Assembly: GCA_965153355.1 (NCBI GenBank)
Contig: OZ231126.1
Span: 4,030,001 to 4,094,000 of the forward strand
Origin: Flaccisagitta enflata
Lineage: Eukaryota
DNA length: 64,000 nucleotides
Direction: 5' to 3'
The translations under genes and the position numbers were made by a program. Within the stretch, counting starts at the first letter, position 1. Every line of letters begins with the position of its first letter. Below are positions 38,795-52,069 of the stretch, one piece after another. The notes below the pieces were generated by a model. That model was not told the origin of the DNA and searched no databases. It saw only the letters and a program-made list of their open reading frames with translations.

Positions 38795-39049
38795 ATGTCT
38801 TCGGACTACGACGGCGAGGGTGAGACTCCGCCCGCGCCGCCGGTCCGTCATACGAGCAGTCGACCTTCCGACGGACTGCATGGAGGGGGTGGAGGGACCA
38901 CGGGGACCCTTCCTCATCATCATCTTCATCACGGGGGTGTCGGGACGACCCTGTCAGCCCACGGAGGAGGACTGGCTGAAAAACCGCTGCCTCGGGAACC
39001 CGATAAGAAACCCAAAACCCCCAAAATCAAAAGAGGGGAAAAGAAAGAG
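38795..39049 (+). CDS. Pak: Group I p21-activated kinase, coding exon 1
   Basis: MSSDYDGEGETPPAPPVRHTSS...KPLPREP carries the Nck-binding PPAPPxRxxS motif. GTAAG donor at 39050. Confidence 0.92.
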
Positions 39050-39478
39050 GTAAGAGACTAGAACAAAACCGTTCACTTTGTAACACTCTTTTTGACACTG
39101 AGTAATTGCAGACAGAATTTGGGCCCTAGAGGCAAATAGGAAACTGGGTTTACTTATTTAGTTATCGATCGAGCCTTCTTTAACATGTATAAGTTGGGAA
39201 AAGAAGAAATTAGTCAAACGGCTCTTTCAATTTTATTGCACTCTTTGATCCCGGATCAATGGTTGGGCAATTGAAACTGTTCTCTTTGTTCTACCATGTC
39301 GTTCGCTAATTTTGCCACTCCTTACCTACCCCTCACTCCTCCCCCACTTCTCTCCACCTTCCTCCCCCCTCCCCCACTTCCTCACCTCTTCCTTACCTGT
39401 ACCTCCACTTCTTGATCCAACCTGGTCTGCTGGGTGCCAAAACTGTGGTGATCTCTCCATTCCATGTCTGGTTGTTAG

Positions 39479-39551
39479 CCGGACAAGCCTGTTATTTCGC
39501 CACCCACCAACTTTGAACACACTGTCCACGTCGGATTCGATCCCAGAACCG
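39479..39551 (+). CDS. Pak: PAK coding exon 2 (CRIB/PBD)
   Basis: PDKPVISPPTNFEHTVHVGFDPRTG. Confidence 0.97.
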
Positions 39552-40562
39552 GTAAGCCATTTGCTTTCATACCAGTAATGGCGGCTGTCGCCGTAAGGAA
39601 AAAAGTCGTATGCATTTGTCATTTTTCACCATGCTTTTATCTTCAGTCACTGAAATTTTTTTTTTGTTTGATCAAGTCAAAAGCAATTTGTATGTATTGA
39701 TTGCACTGAAAATCAAAGAAAAATAGGACCAAGCCAAATGAGCCAAATGAGCTAGATGAGCTAAATCATTCTAAATTATTCAACCAGACAACCAACTTTG
39801 CTCACTGATATGCTTTTTTGTATTTGCATGCTTAAATCAAAACATTATTTCATTCATCCTATTTAAAATCAGAGAAAAAGAGCAAGCTAAATGAGCTAAC
39901 TGAGTTAGAATACTTAAAAACGCCCTCACAGATGAGCAGCTCTACTCACTGACATGTTTTTATTTGCTTGCTTAATCAAGTATGAAAATATTTATTCATT
40001 TATCATAATTGAAATCAGAAAGAATAGAATGAGCTAAGTGAGCTAAATGAGCTGAAATGCTCAAAAACGCCCTCACAGATGAGCAGCTGTGCTCATAAAC
40101 ATGTTTTCTTGTATTTGCATGCTCAAACAAACTTAAATACTCTTTTATTCATCTTACACAAAATCGTAAAAAATCAAAAAAAAATTCATTCGAATTTTTC
40201 ATAAATAAATCTTTAAAAAATCAAAGCGCGAAAAATATTTGTCACAAAGCATTTTGCTTGGCGCCAAATGAAAGAGAATTATCAAATTTACTTACCCTAT
40301 CAAATTCATTGGAGGCCCCAATCGGTCGGTGGAGATGCTCAACGTTCCCATAAGAAAATGAAAACCCTGACTTCGACTTTTTTCCTGATAATCAAAAGAG
40401 AATGATGCTGTTCAGTGTTCCTAGTTGGTCTATAGGACGACATGAGAAGTTGATAACTGGAGCAGTGTCAGTGCAGTCAGTAGGAAAAGATGGGAGAAAG
40501 TCTCATAGCGCTTCATACCTTACAATTGAAACCTCGATCGCGGCGTCTTTCTCACTTGACAG

Positions 40563-40717
40563 GCGAGTTCACAGGCATGCCCGAGTCGTGGGCCAAATTA
40601 CTGCAGGCCTCCAACATTTCCGCCGCCGAACAAAAAAAGAATCCCCAAGCTGTCGTCGACGTCCTCCAGTGGTATCATGGGCATCAAGGCAGGGAACAAC
40701 AGTCCAAATTTATGCAG
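40563..40717 (+). CDS. Pak: PAK coding exon 3 (autoinhibitory domain)
   Basis: [51 protein letters not shown]. Confidence 0.97.
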
Positions 40718-41410
40718 GTAAATGCTGCAGTGGTATCCTGGGCATCAAGGCAGGGAACAATAGTCTAAATTTATGCAGGTAAATGCTGCAGTGGTATCAT
40801 GGGCATCAAGGCAGGGAACAATAGTCTAAATTTATGCAGGTAAATGCTGCAGTGGTATCATGGGCATCAAGGAAGGGAACATCAGTCCACATTTATGCAG
40901 GTAAATACGGTAGTGACACCATGAACATCAAGACAGGGAAAAACAGACCGGGATTTTGGAGGGTAACGCTCAACGTGGTATCATGGACTGCAATACCGCA
41001 AGGCAGGGATCAATGGTCCAATTCTATGTAGGTACCTGGTAATCTGGTACATTATGTTGTGCTCTGTCAAGAGTACCGTTCTATGTCATCTGCTGCACTC
41101 CTCGTCACTGTTCATCTTTCTTTCCAACTTTTTTTTTTCTGAACAAGGCCGGATACACGGCCAATACCAGTCGCGGACGGGTGGGCAGGGGCGGAAATAC
41201 GCGTTTTCACATTTTTTGACTCGTGGTCACGGACCAACGGACCGACGGACGGACAAAGCCTCTTATAGAGTCGCTTGTCCGCGACTAAAAAGAGGAAGAC
41301 ATGGCAAACAAAATCAGTGGCAGCCAATATTGCTTAAGCCAATAAATAGTAACAGTAATGATTTCTTTCCTAACCAATTTTTCCTTTCCAATTGACCCCA
41401 ATTGACTCAG

Positions 41411-41675
41411 GTTCAGAAGCCGAGTGCGCCATCACCGACCGTCTACGACGTGACGCAACGATTAGCCGGCGCTCAAATGACGGTCGGCCCCGGCTCCGGC
41501 CCAGCTCATTCACATTATCAGGGACCAACAACCACGGCGACGGCAACAACAACAACAAACAATTTGAACAACGCCGCTTCCGCTGCCGCCGCCGCCGCCG
41601 CCATTGTCAACGGGGGCAAAATCGTCGCCACTCATCAGGCGCAGTACTCTGGCAACACCGCCTATGGACAACCGC
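41411..41675 (+). CDS. Pak: PAK coding exon 4 (low-complexity linker)
   Basis: Flanked by CAG and GTAAG; open frame VQKPSAPSPTVYD...AYGQP; phase consistent with neighbours. Confidence 0.8.
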
Positions 41676-42037
41676 GTAAGTTTGGCAGACCTGCCCGGGT
41701 TAATAACGACATGTTGAGCAGATCAACTGTTTCTTTTTGGTTTGCATTCTGTCTACCTTTGTCATTCTCTCTCACTGTCTATTTGTCCATCTGTCTGTCC
41801 GCTTTTGTTTCGTTTTCTCGTCGAGGTTGTCCGATATGAACTTCCCTAAATCTTTGTCCGCCTGTCTGTCTCATATGTCTCTGTCCGCTTCTGTCTCATT
41901 CACTCTCTTATTGTGTTCGTAACGGTACACGTCCCTGTCTGCGTTTTTTAGTTTCTATCCAGTGGTTGCAGGTGCATGCACCTGTCTATACGACTATGTT
42001 ATTCATGCACACCAATGAGCATTTATATATATCCCTT

Positions 42038-42494
42038 TTTGGGCAGCGGCCCCAAAGGGGTCGATGACCTATGCTTTCACACTTATGGGGAATTTTCTCC
42101 TCCTCCTTCTCCTCCTCTTCTTCTCCAGGCCCATTTCTCAGCCTGGAGGCCCATATCCCAGCCTGGAGGCCCAAATTCCAGTCTTGAGGCCCAAATCCCA
42201 CCCTCAAGGCCCAAATCCCAATCCCAAGGGCCAGATTCCACTTTCCAGGGTTTTGGGCCTCAAGACTGGGATTTGGGCCTTGATGCTGGGATATGGGCCT
42301 CCAGGCTGAGATATGGTCCTGGAGGCTGGGGGCAGGGAGGTGCGGAGGAGAAGGAGGAGGAGAAAATTCCCCATGTGTGAAAACATAGGTCATCAACCCC
42401 TTTGGGGTCGCTGCCCTGCTCCTCCCTCAACTTCAATTACAACCTTCTTAAGCAGGGCACGGGTACCGCTGACCATCTAACGCTTTTGCGACTA
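42038..42494 (+). mobile_element. HINE-like family B with subterminal inverted repeats. Related copies at ~2329-2764 (-), 3523-3842 (5' truncated), and degenerate ones in 47170-48520
   Basis: GGGCAGCGGCCCCAAAGGGG...CCCCTTTGGGGTCGCTGCCC inverted repeats, followed by a conserved tail GGGTACCGCTGACCATCTAACGCTTTTGCGACTA. Confidence 0.75.
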
Positions 42495-42510
42495 TCTCTT
42501 GCTTCTGCAG

Positions 42511-42606
42511 TGACTACGTTTGCCTCTCACGTGTCCAACGCCACGCATTCCGCCAAAGCAGATTCTCAAAATTCCAACACCATCTCACCTAGTCACGCCA
42601 CACACG
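42511..42606 (+). CDS. Pak: PAK coding exon 5 (96 nt, symmetric phase 1; possible cassette exon)
   Basis: Flanked by CTGCAG and GTGAG; TTFASHVSNATHSAKADSQNSNTISPSHATH. Confidence 0.7.
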
Positions 42607-42896
42607 GTGAGCGATTCAATGCTCTGACCAATTCATGCGTCGTTATATGATTTGGGTTTCGCTCTAATTGAAGTCGGGGGGGGGGGCGTTGTGTGTTCTG
42701 TTGATTGCTGAAAACAATGATAAAGACGACGATGACCGATGAACGTTGTACCGTTGATGTTACCGATGACGATCCCGATGACGTTATACCGATGATGACC
42801 ACATAACGATGACGTCATGTACCGATGATGATAACGAACAAACGGAACGTATAAAATTGATGACAATGTTGACGATGACGATCTAATTTGTTGCAG

Positions 42897-43061
42897 GCGG
42901 TGCGCCGAGCGCGACTCCCGTTTCCGCTTTAACGGCGCCTCTTTCGTCCAAATCGGCGTCGAAGCCGAAAGAAGCGGCGTCGGTGGAGGAAGATGAAGAG
43001 ACGCCGCCGCCCATAGCAGCCAGACCAGAAAAGACCAAGTCCATCTACACCAAACCCATCG
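42897..43061 (+). CDS. Pak: PAK coding exon 6 (PIX-binding motif)
   Basis: ...EEDEETPPPIAARPEKTKSIYTKPI matches the PAK1 PPPVIAPRPEHTKSIYT motif. Confidence 0.93.
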
Positions 43062-44867
43062 GTAAGGAGTCGGCGATATACAAATTAAGGGCTGATTAGG
43101 GGTCAGCAACATGGAGAAACTTCGCCAACAACCACGGCAGGTAGACCAGAAAAGACCAAGTCCGTATACACCAAATCCATCGGTAAGGAGTCGATGATAT
43201 ACAAATTCAGGGCTGATTAGGGGTCAGTAACATGAAGAAACACCACCACCAACCATTGCAGCCACACTAGAAAAGACCAAGTCCATCTACACCAGGCCCA
43301 TCGGTAAGGAGTCGGCGATCGATATACAAATTGAGGGTGAATTAAGGGTCATTAACATGAAGAAACTTCACCAACAACCATCGCAGCCAAACCAGAAAAG
43401 ACCAAGTCCATCTACACCAAACCCATCGGTAAGGAGTCGGCGATATACAAATTAAGGGCTAATTAGGGGTCAGTAAACTTCACCAACAACCACGGTAGGC
43501 AGACCAGAAAAGACCAAGGGAAAGTCTGTCTACAATCGGCAAGGAATTGGTCCATGACTCATGAATGCAGGCATTGCTTCATAGATCTTGATAGGTACAT
43601 AAATAGTGAGGCTTTGGGCGCAGTTTTAGTGACGACAAAAAAAGCGTTTTTTTTTTAACCGTCGATCGCGTTCACAGCAAGAATGCATTATCGTAAATTT
43701 CAACTGTCCCACATGTGAGTGAGCAAGCCTGTGAATAAATTGATCGAGCGGAGCGCTGCAGAGAAAGTGAGCAGAGTGAGCGGTGCGAGCGAACGAACGT
43801 GGCGAGCGACCGAGTGGCCCTTTGTCAGTTGACTCGTGTGGGTGATGGGTCTTTTAAGTCCAAAACTGCACTGAACCGGAAACGATCGAGTCATAAGCAA
43901 TTACATTTTATAGTCGCGTGGAAGAGATTTCAAAACAAGGCCGGATACACTTCTATGGCCTACGCTAGTTGCGTGCTATAGCGCAGGGCAAGTGTCGTCA
44001 GATAGACAAGGTATATATGAGCAGCGATGGTGATGTAGAAACCCTTCTCAACGCCTTTTTAAGTGACGAAATAACTGATAGGCAAAAGCTCAAGGCAGTC
44101 GAGGGTCGGTCGGACGGACGGACGGACGGATGGACGAAGGTCGAAGCGGAGTATAGAATCGAGTGTGCGCGTCTAAAAACTAGACACACGCGCAAACCAT
44201 CGATCTCTCAATTGCACGACCCGCTCTCAGACAGATTCATCATCTTTTGAATCTTTCCTTTAGTTGGCAATGTAAAATGAATTGAATCGAAGAGAGAGAA
44301 AAAAAGTAATTCTTTTCCTGTCAAAAAAAAAGTACAAATGTAAGTTATAAGGGGGGAAAAAACACCATTAATAGTTTGAGCTAATGAAAACAAACTGTAC
44401 TTTTTTTTCTCGTGATTTTGGCCTTTCGGCGGGCGCATGATTGTTTACATTTTCAAAAAATCAAGCGACCCGCACGTTTAAAAAAAGAAATCTTATCAAA
44501 ACTTAATGGTCTCTCGCTATCGTTTCGATCTATTCACTCCAATTCTCTCCCCCCCCCCTCCCCCTTTATCGCCCTTCCCTTTTCTTGTCCAGAAATTCAC
44601 TGTGGGATGAGAATTTACACACATTATCTCTCTCCCCCCCTTTCCCATGCCATTCATTCCCTTCGCTTTCCCTCCTTTCCCTTCTCCCATTCTTTACATC
44701 TCTTCTTCCCTTCTCTTCTTTTCCTTCTCACCCTTGACCTTCTTTACCTTCTCTTCTTTGTCTGTCTGATTGTCTGAAATTGGGGCTATTTTTGTGCGTG
44801 TGTCTGTCTCTCTCCTTTCTCTCTCACTCTCTCACTCTATCGCTCTCTCACTCTCTCACTCTCTTTT

Positions 44868-44926
<59 letters not shown>

Positions 44927-45792
44927 CCCCCTTTTGACATGAAACATGTTCGGGCCTTATTTGAAGCATTTCATTTGGCGACCAAATGAAGAGAGAATGA
45001 GGAAGTCTGAAATCACCAACTTCAGTTTGTTTGTTTTTAGATTTTTGATCAAAGCTGGCCTCCAGCCTCCTTATTTGGTATTAATCAGCTGCGGCCTGTT
45101 TTGATTCGGAATACAATTTTCACTCGTTCTCCTCCTTTATCTTCCTCCCATCCCCCTATCGATAAGTTAGTTGGGGGGTATGAGGGGCTGGTTAATGACG
45201 TCAGTCTTGTTAAGTACTGACTCTCTACTCGCCCAGTTCCTGTCAAGCTCTTCATTCCATATTTCTCATGTGCCATAATGTGACAAGATCGATTTTTTCC
45301 AGCTTATCTTCATCAGTAGCCACTGGCTTCAACATTCGAACTCTATCGCACCTCAGGCCCAGAGACATACATTCTTACACTATCATACCTCAGACTCCTC
45401 AGACCCTAAGACCAACATTCTTACACTCTCATACCTCAGACTCCTCAGACCAACATTCAAACACTACCGCACCTTGGACTCCTGAGGCCCAAAGACCAAC
45501 ATTCTAACACAATCACACCTCAGACCACTCGGGCCCAAAAACTAACTTTCTAACAATATCACCTTCTACTCCTCAGGCCCTAAGACACACCTGCCACTCT
45601 TTTTAGATGCGTCCGTCAGGAACGCATCTCTATAAGAGGGCCTGTCCGTCCGTCGGTCGGTCCGTCCGTCCGTCCGTATGTCCGTTACGCAAGTGCAAAA
45701 ACCGCGTTTCTCGGCTGTTTTTGGCCACGGTGCGATCCTATACTAAACAAATGATCAACCAACATGTTTTGAGAGCCTCCTTTACCACTTAT

Positions 45793-48700
45793 GACACGGA
45801 GAAAGATAAAAGTGAATTAGCCAGTCACATAATTTTTGCATTTATTTTTGCATCGAAAACTGTTGTTTTTGACCAACAACGTGTTCTACTGGCATAAAAG
45901 ATAGTAAATTGTCACTTTCCAGGCATATGATACTCTGGTGCGCTCATTTGAGTCCAAACTAAAGTGATATCTTCAAAAGAAAAATGAGAAATACTCAAAA
46001 AACAGCTGTAATGATCAAGACACCATGATTTCTTTGACCTGTTACGGATACATTTTTTGTTTTCAGCTCCTGTTCTTTAATGAAATCCACTCAGGCTATC
46101 ATCAGGTTTGTGTGAAAAAAATTGGCACTCTTATTTTTAAAACTTAGATGCCAAAATAGAAATAAATTTAAAAATAGCCAAAATGTAATGAAAAATGGAA
46201 AATCTTAAAAAAAATAGTTCAGCCCTGATTTGGCGCACTTCTTGATGGCGCAGCCCCACAAGATTTTAGTACAAGTTAACTGGATGTGTAATCCACCTAC
46301 AGTTCAAATTTCATCCACCTGCGACTATTTTAACCTGCATTTTTACTCTTTTTTCGCTGAGATGTGTTGTAATCCAAGATTTTGGAAAAAAACATTTTGA
46401 ATTTTGAGAATTATGAATATGGAAAATTAAGGGCAATTTTGCATTTTCAAAAACATGAGCCTCTAGATATTGGATTTTGCTAGAGGCTGATGTTTTTCGT
46501 TTTTGCATTTTTTCATTTTTTATGCAAATTCATAATTCTCAATGAGATGTGTCAAAATGACAAAATTGTGATTTTTCTCTCTAGACTTGATATAGGCCTT
46601 GAATTGGCGCACTTCCTGATGGCGCAGCCCCACAAGATTTTAAGACAAGTGAACTGGATGTGTAGTCCACTTACAGTTCAAATTTCATCCACCTGCGACC
46701 ATTTTAACCTGCGTTTTTACTTGTTTTTTTGCTGAGATGTGTCGCAATCTAAGATTTTTGAAAAAAGTATTTTGAATTTTAAAAATTATGAATACAAAAA
46801 ACTAAGAGCAATTTTGCATTTCCAAAGACATGAGCCTCTAGATACTGGATTTTGCCAGAGGCTGATGTTTTTTGTTTTTGCATTTTTTCATTTTTTATGC
46901 AAATTCATAATTTTCAATGAGATGTGTCAAAATGACATAAATGTGATTTTTTTCTCAAGACATGATTTAAGCCTTAAAGAGCATATTTTCAGGCTCTGAG
47001 GGGCCGGTAAGCTCAATTAAATCCAAAGTCTTGCAAAAGAGTAGTCACCGCCATTTGAAAAAAAGGTGCCTGGGCCCCAGGGGTCCTGGGGGACCCCTCA
47101 TATGAGCAACAAGGATCTCACATGTTCTGTTGCCTTGCATGAGGTGTTAAGGTGATAAGGAGGGTTGAGTAGGGCAGCACGCCTAAAGGGCTGATATCCT
47201 GTAGTACACAGTGGTGAATTTTCATATGACCAGCAATGGGGGCTGAGAGGGCCTGATCATGCCTTAGAGGTCTTATTTTAGGCTACAGTGATCTAGATTA
47301 AGCAATTAGTTGTAAAAGGGTTTATCTTGAACCCTAGGGGATGATTTAAGGCTTATGGGGACTGATTTTATGCCTGTAAAAATTGACTTAAGACCAGGGA
47401 GGGATGATTTCAGCAAAGTGAGAATTGGTGCACACCTAAAAGAGCTGATTTTAAGTCAATGAGGGATGATTTAGGGCCAAAGAGAGCTGATTTAAGGCCT
47501 AAGAAGACTGATTTTAGGCCTAAGAGGGTTGATTCAGGGTCTAAATGGAATGATTTTAGGCATTGGAGGGTTGATTCCAGGTCTCCAGCTGGATTGAGGC
47601 CACTGGCTTTTTTGAGGGTTGTCGCGGACAGACAGACAAATAGATGTATAAAGCTTCACCCCTGTGTTGTATTTGAGGCTGCTGCCCAAACAACATCGTT
47701 GAAGTATTAGGCAGACAAAGAGATAAACAATGAGTCATCCAAGGATCACACAGTGTCAGTCGTATCTAATACCCTGCTTGGAGTGATCAGTTGAAAAAGT
47801 GGCGTGAGAGTAGGGCAGCGGCCTTAAAGGGCCAATGTCTTTTAGGACACTGGAGTGAATTTCCATATGTCCATCAATCCTAAGAGGTCAGGCTTCAGGT
47901 TTTAGAGGGCAAATTTGAGACCTTATAGGGCTTATTTCAGGCCCGAGAGGGCTGAATACAAGCCTGGTAGGGTTGATTTAGGGCCAAAGAGTGCTGATTT
48001 TGCGCCAAAGTGCACTGATTTTATGCCTAAGAAGGTTGATTTTGGAACTGAGAGGGTTGATTTGGGTTTTGTGGGATTGATTTCAAGCCTGAAAGAGCCA
48101 GATTTGGGCCTTGGGAGGGATATTTGGATAGACAGATGGACAGACAGACAGATGGAGATGGACAGAAAGACAGATGGACAAATTCACCCCAATGTGAAGG
48201 CAGCTGCCCTGTGTCAGGGCAAAAAAAAAAAAGAAGAAAAATAGCAAAAGCGTTAAATAATCAGCGGTACCTATGCCCTGCCCAAGTAGGTTGTGATTAA
48301 AGTTAGGGAAGGAAGAAGGGCAGCACCCTCAGAGGGGCCAATGACCTATGCTTTCACATATGAGGAAGTTTCACCTTCTAGCAGTTGGGATTTGGGCCTT
48401 TTTGTTTTGGGGCTGAATTCTGTTCTTGAGGCTGAAATTTAATCTTTAAGGCTGAGATTGGGGCTTTGAGGTTGGGATTTGGGCCTTAAGATTGGGATTT
48501 GGGCTTTGAACTAATATTTTGTCCCATATTGGCTAGAACAGAATTCTGCTTATAACAGATAAAATTTGCTGGTCCCTTTAAATCCATTGGAGGGGGAGTC
48601 AACTGTATGCGGCAAGGTTTATGTCTCAGTCTATTGCTCCATCCGTCTACTGATGGCACCTTGGTTTTTTAGTTGCGGACACACAACTCTATAAGAGGCT

Positions 48701-50078
48701 TTGTCCGTCTGTCCGTTTGACGGTCCGTCCTTCCGTTGGTCCGTGTGGGGTCATCAAGTTGAAAAAGTGCGAATTTTTGATGCTGCAGTTGTTATTGTGT
48801 GTTTGTGTTGGAGAGGGGTTGGGAGTTGGGGGTTGGGGTGAGGCTGGGGGTCGGATGCCCCTGCCCACCCATCCGCAACGATATTGTGACCCCGCGTCAC
48901 TTGTTTTTTTAGGTGCGACAAAGCACCTTCATAACTGGCTGTGTCCCTTGGTCGGTTGGTTGGTTGGTTGGTCTGTTGGTTGGGTAACGCATTCGTTCGA
49001 CGATCCACACGTCGCGCCTTATTGGCCTACTTGGCCTTGTTCATTCATGAATGCCTTTTTGTCTCTTGCTAAGCGACTGATCAGAGGGAATGTTCATTGG
49101 TCGAAAGCGACTCAAAGAGAGCCTATTTCATTAAGAGGGAGTGTTGATTGGTTGCAGGGATGCGTCTCTTTTCCTTCCCACCCACATAACAACCCCCTAC
49201 CACCCACAAAACTGTCCCTGCCCATTGCTTCTGCCCATTCGAAGCGATTCCATATCGGTCATGTTTCCGTCCTTGTTTTGTCCTGTGCAGATGTCCAACA
49301 TGTGCTTATGAAAGTTGAAACAACATTGCCCTTATAAAAGGAGGCCAGAATTCTCCAATTTCAATCCAAATTCTCCAATTTCAATCCAAATTCTCCAATT
49401 TCAATCCAAATTCTCCAATTTCAATCCAAATTCTCCAATTTCAATCCACACCCCTGCCCTTCCATGAATAAGACTGATGTGTCAGTCGGTCGGTCCCTTG
49501 GCCTTCTATTTGGCTCAGAATTAAGGATTGCTATTGACAGGAAAAGCAGATAAAAAAACAGTTATCATTCATGACTAATTTGAATGAATGAATGAATGAA
49601 TTAATGAATGAATGAATGAATATGCGAACAAAGTATAGATGATCGAAGTTATAGACAATTGCTCAATGTGTAATCGCAAGCTAAGATCCCGATTATAACA
49701 TTCAAATTATGACATGATGATAAAATGAGCAAAAAATGGTTTTTTATTGCTTTTGATAATTTATAATAGGGCAATTCCATATAAAACTTGATAAAAAATA
49801 GATATTTTATACAAATTATATTTATTGGCAATAATTTAAAGTATTTTCTAATTGATTATACTTGAAAAATATGGAAAAATCTCATCATATTATGAAAATC
49901 ATTATAAAATATTAAATTGTTAATATTTAACTAACTAAAATAGATTTTGCATCAATTTTTTTTGTTTTGTAACTGGAAAGTGATATACTATGCTACCATA
50001 AAGAAAAAAAATGTTTTAGGACACTTAAATTTTTTAACCTTGGTGACTACCAAATTTCACGCGATCTTGCACCGTGTC
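45793..50078. mobile_element. 4.3-kb composite TIR element (GACACGG...CCGTGTC, 4-bp TSD TTAT) splitting a family-A HINE (45601-45792 plus 50079-50200)
   Basis: TSD at 45789-92 and 50079-82. The two flanks rejoin to match the intact copy at 12418-12702 (-). Confidence 0.8.
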
Positions 50079-50336
50079 TTATTCATTTCACCCGTCTGTT
50101 CGTCCCTCTGTCTCATGATCAATGATCAATGGTCAATGTCACATGATCAATACACGCAGAGACACGGCCCGGACGCATCGTTGCCCGGTCGGGCTTGTTT
50201 TTTTAGGTGCGCCATCGCATCTCTATAAGAGGTTCTGTCCGTCCGTCGGTTCGTCCGTCGGTCCGTTACGCCTCTTCTATTATCACGCAGATGATGCATC
50301 GAGTTGCCCACCTGGGCTTGTTTTTTGCCATTTCAG

Positions 50337-50579
50337 ACAAAGATGAGCCCAAGATCACGTTGGCGCCAATCGACGAAGTCGTGTCTCCCAAAACTACGGA
50401 CAAACCACTTCCTTCCGCCTCTTCCAGCAACACCACGACGACGACGAACACGAACACAACGACGACGACGAAACCGACGAAAAAGAAGAAAATGACCGAT
50501 GAGGAGATTTATGATCGATTGAGAAGTATCGTCTCTGTCGGAGATCCCAACAGAAAGTACACCAAGCTAGACAAAATAG
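50337..50579 (+). CDS. Pak: PAK coding exon 7 (start of the kinase domain)
   Basis: ...[33 protein letters not shown](G). Confidence 0.95.
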
Positions 50580-50837
50580 GTGAGAGAGAGAGAGAATGGG
50601 ATAGAAATAAGGAAAGGCGGGAAGGGTGGGTGTAATGGGAGCTTTCTAATCCCCCTAGCCACATGTTTCTTTGCCATTCCGGGCAAAGTTTTCCGTCTCG
50701 GCAGGCCTATGAATCTATTCTCTGTCCCCCCCCTCTCCCTTCCCCCGTTGTGTCGCGTGCGTTTTGTCCTTGAATGAAAGTTCCACCGCGTTGTCATGAA
50801 TCATGTCTCGTCTTTTCGTTATTTCGCGTGATGCATT

Positions 50838-51343
50838 TGGGTGCTTCACATAGCAAAAGTTGGGAGTATACCTTCACCCTATTTAGGTAATGTGGAGGAG
50901 CAAAAATTATGAAGATGATTATGTTCCTTTTTTTAAAATTCCTTCATCTTCCGTTTTTGTTTTGGCCTTAAAGTTTCCACTGATTTCCCAGAATTCAGCA
51001 AAATTCTGTGTAGTTTTGTTACAAAACGGACAATTATTTGTTTTAGAAAATCATGATATATGAAAAACTAAACTAAAATATGGGAACATAAGTTATGAAA
51101 GAGCAGAAAGGCAGAACTGCAATTCTGTGAGGAGTAGAAAATTATGAAAGCTGATTTAAACAATGTCAACATATTGTTTTATCCCACTGCATTATGTAAA
51201 TTAGGTCCTCAAAAGCAATTTTCTAAACGGAAGATGAACGATTTTTGATAAAATAAAAATGGAAAGGGTTTTAAAATTGGTTACTCTATATTAGGTAAAA
51301 AGGGCAAAAAGAAATAACCAACTTTTGCTATGCGAAGCTCCCA
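50838..51343. mobile_element. MITE
   Basis: TIR GGG(T/A)GCTTC(A/G)CATAGCAAAAGTTGG. Confidence 0.75.
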
Positions 51344-52069
51344 AGTGATGCATCTTCTCTAGAAGCCTCTGGGTCTCGAGACCGCGTGGCTCTATGTTAA
51401 TTCAAACTCGCCAAGGCGTCATGACATTTCAACTGGCATTTTCAAAATTGCTGTCCTTATCGAATATATATGAACCTATGTTCAATGAGGCCCACGTTTT
51501 CAAGCCCTTGTTTAGCCGCTACGTACAGCTTTTCTCCTTTATGATACTTTCCAATATCCAGTGGGCGACGTGACCGCCAAGAATTGTCATTTTACTTGTA
51601 CTAGTCTTTTTGAGATTTTTCAAATGTAGGTCAAGCTGCGTCTGTGACGGTTGTTTCCTTGTCCTTCTTAATGATTGTACTACTTAATATTGTCCGTCTT
51701 ATTCTAACTTGTGAATGTAGGTCAAGGTGCATCCGTAACGGTTCTGTCTCTGTCCTTAGCATTACATATCGTCTCCGTCTTGATCTTGCTTTAATTTCTC
51801 AATCTAGGTCAAGGTGCGTCTGCGACGCGACGGTTCTTTCCTTGTCCTTCTTAATAATTGTACTACATAAAATTGTCTGTCTTATTCTAACTTGTGAATG
51901 TAGGTCAAGGTGCATCTGTAACGGTTCTGTCCCTGTCCTTAGTATTACATATCGTATCCGTCTTGATCATCCTCTAACTTCTCATTCTAGGTCAAGGTGC
52001 ATCTGTCACGGTTCTGACCCTGTCCTTTCATCGTCTCCGTCTTAATCTTGCTTTAACTACTCAATCTAG

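Noticed and set aside
40718-41410. De novo intron gain by duplication of an exonic AGGT site
   Set aside because: The unit includes intronic GTAAATGCTG, and the real acceptor at 41410 is unrelated to the repeat, so the intron predates the array.
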